A program made the translations under genes and the position numbers. A stretch of DNA of 55,035 nt, filler included, from Jimgerdemannia flammicorona (taxonomy: Eukaryota): assembly GCA_003990765.1 (NCBI GenBank). It is 2 parts of 2 records of this genome, joined end to end, with 100 filler letters (N's around TTAATTAATTAA, not from the genome) between each part and the next. Parts side by side here need not be neighbours in the genome. Positions count along the whole stretch, not along the records: positions 27,597 to 55,035 come from RBNJ01000627.1; 1 more part is not named here. One strand, given 5' to 3'. Every line of letters begins with the position of its first letter. The stretch's first letter is position 1. Below the pieces are notes generated by a model that saw nothing but the letters and a program-made list of their open reading frames with translations, ran no database searches and was not told where the DNA came from. Positions 50,701 to 55,035 of the stretch are shown piece by piece.

Positions 50701-53493
50701 TCCACCTCTCAGTCTATCCATAAGGAACCATCCTCCAATAAAGAAGAGTTCAGCTACCAATATCCTAGCCTGTCCCCACTTCCCCCAAATCTCCCACCCC
50801 CTATTAGACCCCAGTGATCTGACTACAGGCACCAAACTACCTCCAGTGTATCCCATACATCCACTCCCCAGCACTCTGTCATCAACATCCAGTCAATCCT
50901 AGAGCTCAGCCCTGCCACCCAGTGGGTATAAATTCAGTGATCTACTCAAAACTATCACCCTGAGTCAACTAAGGAGCCTAACCTCTCAATCTCTATTCAA
51001 TCATCTAACCTGCCACTTCTGGCTCTCATTTCTCTCCCTCCATCAGTCCTGTCTATCCCATTATTACATATTATGTTGAAATTCCCCCCAGGCAATCAAT
51101 CCTGACCTCACCCATGACACTAGCCTCTCTCAGGCCTCTGACCCAATCTATGTATTCCCCCTGCTCAGCTGGGCAATAATATGACCCAACAGTTAAAGGG
51201 TTCCATCCAGGTCTCCAATGTCCAATGTCCCCAATGTCCCCCATCCTCTTTTGAACCAGAATTCCCACCTGCTCAGTCCATACAGCTGCCCCACCCCATT
51301 CTCTAGTCCAGTCCAATAAGTCCAAGTTGGCCTCATACTGTACATCCTACAATAAGAAGAGATCTGCATCCAGTCCCCTCAGCCAGCTAAAAAAATTCCT
51401 TCTTCATATCACTCCCCTCAACCCATTCACATTCAAAGAAAAGATTCTTATTGTACTGTTCATATTGAAAAAATGTTTGATAATAGAGAGCTCAATCTAG
51501 AATTCCATGCTCATCCCATCTCAAGCTAGATCCAATCACCACTCTGCCTCCAAATCATCCTCTGCTACAGCCTGAGCATCCAGTGCTTCCAAGATTTCCT
51601 GACACTCCACCCTATCCACAATCTCTATTTCTATCTGATAATCTGTACACACTACTCTCCACTTCTCCAACCTCTTCCTTGAGCCCCACAAGTATGCTAT
51701 CTGGTCATTTGTAATCCCCTGAAGGGCCTTCTCTCTTTGATCATTCACTTGATATTCCTCTGACTCCAATAGTACTGCCAGGATCTCATTTCTAATCTTC
51801 CTCGATACTTCCTCTCCATGAAGAATTTCCTCCCAATACCTATCACTTAGTATCCAGAAGTCCTCTTCCCTGAGCTCCTCAGCTGCTACTCTCTTCAGAG
51901 TCTTCCATAACCACTTCTCTTCATCCACCACCTCAGCAACACCCTGGACAACTCTCTTGACTCCTACCACAGAGTCCACCAAAGCACTCCTCCTCTCAGA
52001 CTCATCTCACTCCTCCTCCAGGATGTCCAGTAATTCCACCTCTCCCTCTGCCCCACTTAGGACACTATACTGAGGACAAACCTCCTCCCCCATTTCAGCA
52101 TCCTCTACTATACTGCCTAGACCCTTCTTGTTTGATCCATCTGGGGCCACCTCTGGAGCCACCCTGTGTTCCCCAGCCCAGGTGCTCTCCATCAGTCCAG
52201 CACCACCTTCCTCTACCCCACTATCTACCATACTCCCTCCCAGCTTCACCAGCAACTCCTTCTGGATTCACCTCCTCTGCATCTTCTCCCAGATCCTCTT
52301 GTCCATTCTGATCCTTTTTCCATCTACAATCTCCACCACCATCTTGGCTTTATACTCTTTCTGAGCCAGTCTCCTCTTCTCAACTACTCCTGCCAGATCC
52401 TCCAGAGCCTCCAGCAAGTCCTCTTCTTTCTCAAGTATCCCCTTTACTCTCAAGACCTTGTACTCAACTGGGCCCCACTTAAGAGTAGCAGGCCAGTCCC
52501 TTGTCTTCCCCATATTCTCCTTTCCAGCCAGCTGCACTCTGACATCAATATCTCCTATTCAGAGTTCAGTACTCTCTCAGATATGGAACCTGATGTCCGT
52601 GATCTCCCCATACTCCTTGACCACCTCCACAATCAGTTCTCTGGCCCTCTCCTGTAACACCATAGGAAGATCCAAAACTGTCAGCTGCACCACTTGTGGG
52701 TTCCAGCATATGCACCTAGTCATAGGAACTACTACTCTGCCCACCACCATCCCCTTCTCCACAGCCTCCAATAATGATGTCTCTTTCTCAAATCCCACCT
52801 TGACCCCTTCTTTCCCCTTCAGGAACTTCACTGAAGCTGCTCCCTTTATCTCCTATACCACCAACCCCAGAATCATCCTTACAGTCACCACCAAGCCTCA
52901 GAAGTACAATGTGACAGTGAATTCTGATCTCGACTTTTTGAGTAACAGTGCCAACACTATGCCTGTCACACCATCTGTCAGATCTCCAGGCCTCATGCTC
53001 TCTCCCTATTCTGATCCACCAACTACTGTCACATCTGGATTTTTTTCCAGATCCCTAGTCACAGCTCTATCAGCAGTTACATCTCTAGCCCCTACTCCTC
53101 CCCTCTCTCTACTGCCCAACCCTCCTATGGGGACCCCTCTCTGTCCCCCAACTGAAGCCATCAATGTCTTCCCCAGTCCCAACCAACTATCTAGTCCAGA
53201 TGCCAATCTCTCCATCTTGACCTTATTAGCAAAGATTGTCCTCTCCCCTCTTCTTAGCTGCAATCTGCCTCTCCCTCCACCACCAGTGCTGTAGCCAGCC
53301 ATAGAAGGCTCTGGCATCTCTAAACCATCTCCTCTCCTCCCTACATACTGCCAGTCAAAAGCACCACTACCCCTCTGACTAGTACACTCATCAGTACAAT
53401 CATTGCTGTCTATATCGATAGTCTCCTTTCACTAAAAATGTTGTGAAAAGTGTTGTCTGAGTCTTGTGTTACCTGAATATTACTGGTAAAAGG
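47740..53493 (-). mobile_element. Full-length LINE copy 4
   Basis: Poly(A) tail and AATAAA, ORF2 (ATG at 51463; APE and RT motifs), ORF1 ~53413-51497, and a ~14-bp TSD TGTTTTG(A/G)GTATGT. Confidence 0.93.
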
Positions 53494-53749
53494 TGTTTTG
53501 GGTATGTATTGAATCTCATCATTCATGATGCTCTTGGTTCTCTTAGCAAACCCATTGGAAAGCTATGGGAGTTGATAAAGAAGATCAAAAATTCAGTATA
53601 ATGACAAGTACAACTAGTGAAGGTCTGTAAATCCTCCAGAATTTTCATTTTGAAGCCTCTCTTAGATGTTACTATGAGATTGAGTTCTACACATGAAATG
53701 TTAATATATACTCTAGAGATTTGTAAAGTAAGATTTTGAATCTATTTAT

Positions 53750-55035
53750 TGTAACGGTGACCCCAGAATGATGACATCAGCACAGGAGCAGCCTTTCTTT
53801 GCAAGTCACCAGATTGGAGTACAAGAAGATCATATGGCATATGAGATGAGCAATGATGACCAACTGTGAGTCATTGTAACCACAGTACAAGCATCCTGAA
53901 GAATATAAAAGAAGGATCAAGGAACTACAGTAGCAGCAGCCAATAAGAACTATCAATCCCAAAATAGCTCAAAGACTTACTACAAATGAAATGCCTGCTG
54001 CCCACCAAACCTCAAGATCAAGGAACCACCAAGGTATCTCAGTTGAAGAGAGGATGTTCCAAGACATCAGAAGAGCTATGAGGACCCGCTCAAGAAGGAC
54101 TCCCAGTGTTAACCTGGGTACTGCAGATCCCTATCACTTTATCCTCTACTGCTTTGAGATGGAAACAAGGATCACCATTGCTACTGAATGCCTCCAAATA
54201 TGGCAGGAGTACGAAATAGGAAACCTCCTCTGATGGGAGTTCCCACAGACCAGCACTCAAGAGCTATGAGATGCCACTCCCATGGATATATGTGAAATAA
54301 GGACAGCTAAGAAGATCCATCAGATCTTCAGGCATATACCATGGTCGATCCCCAACTTGGAGTATGTTAGAGTCTCAGACTTCAGAGATCTGTCATCCCA
54401 CCATATCAATACACTAGAAGCCAGAGTGGCTACAGAAGCCCAGTCCACTATCACCCTCAACAGTGAAGAAGTAGAAGACTTCTGGCATCCTATCCTCTAG
54501 GACAACCCAGATCAATTCCTGCAAGGATTGATCTCAGTATTCCAAGGCCCAAGCATCCAGGTTAGATCTCCCTAAGACCCCACATTTGTTCCCTATTTTG
54601 TGGAAGAGAACCTCATAGACTGGAGAGCTCCAGATCTCCTTGTTCCCAATTTCCCTGCCACAGCTGAATGTGATGATATCATTGGTGATGATGTCATCTC
54701 GCGCAACATTGACATACATGAGATGTGTGACGAAGCACATGAAAACGATGAATTCGCAGATCTCATCTCCTTCAGTGATGATGATGACAAGGATGAAGCC
54801 CCCATGGTCCTGAACTTTCTGCTCTAAGTTCTTTATTACACTGGATAATGCCAGCACCAGTATTCTTATATAACACTGGATAATACTAGCATCCTGAACC
54901 TGTACAATCATCAGTACCGACCCTGGAACTTAGTAGTTTTAGTTATTGGAATTTATATTTAGCTTTATATCTTAGCAACCATTGAATTATATTTTGTATA
55001 AATACCTCTCTTATTTCCTCTGAAATAAAGTCAGT
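53750..55035 (+). repeat. Family-A LTR, less mutated copy, running off the window end
   Basis: Begins TGTAACGGTGACC and is the reverse-complement homolog of 15011-16396. Confidence 0.93.
53991..54827 (+). pseudogene. LTR-embedded accessory ORF (278 codons, 4 internal stops), function unknown
   Basis: ORF fragments 53991-54233, 54282-54500 and 54600-54827 share one frame. The stops are TGA/TAG/TAA, as expected from C->T. TATAAAA at 53904. Confidence 0.87.

Larger units (their letters stand above)
46553..53749 (+). pseudogene. Second hAT transposase, interrupted by two LINE insertions and an LTR
   Basis: BED finger CNHC...HLWKHH, QPFSTIEN, LPSAD, LDC*TS, ITAYWID and CDNICNN. It resumes at 53494 with CFGYVLNL and LDVTMRLSST. 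Confidence 0.9.

Overview
Eukaryotic, probably fungal, repeat-dominated DNA with short GT-AG introns. About 90% is a nest of transposable elements decayed by C->T/G->A mutation, interrupted by one CpG-intact host island (~23.1-27.5 kb, holding a frameshifted BTB-BACK-SPRY gene) and a scaffold gap. Left block: an L1/Tx1-like LINE inside a second LINE, inside the 3' LTR of a dUTPase-bearing Ty3/Gypsy element (family A), inside a Ty1/Copia element. A U6 snRNA retrocopy with a 17-bp TSD sits in the Gypsy pol. Right block: a complete dUTPase- and chromodomain-bearing Gypsy element (family B, 30185-45853, TSD ATAAG) containing a complete 6.6-kb hAT transposon (31103-37698, 8-bp TSD). These are followed by a second hAT transposase disrupted by two LINE insertions and a family-A LTR. 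Two features stand out. (1) The hAT element carries a convergent, spliced ~500-codon cargo gene whose last exon has an HxD...H pattern resembling TET/JBP-type 2OG-Fe(II) dioxygenases, a candidate self-encoded anti-silencing system. (2) Both Gypsy families encode the same ~275-aa accessory protein that I do not recognise, inside the LTR in family A and between pol and the PPT in family B, each copy behind its own TATA box. All calls come from manual reading; no database search was run.
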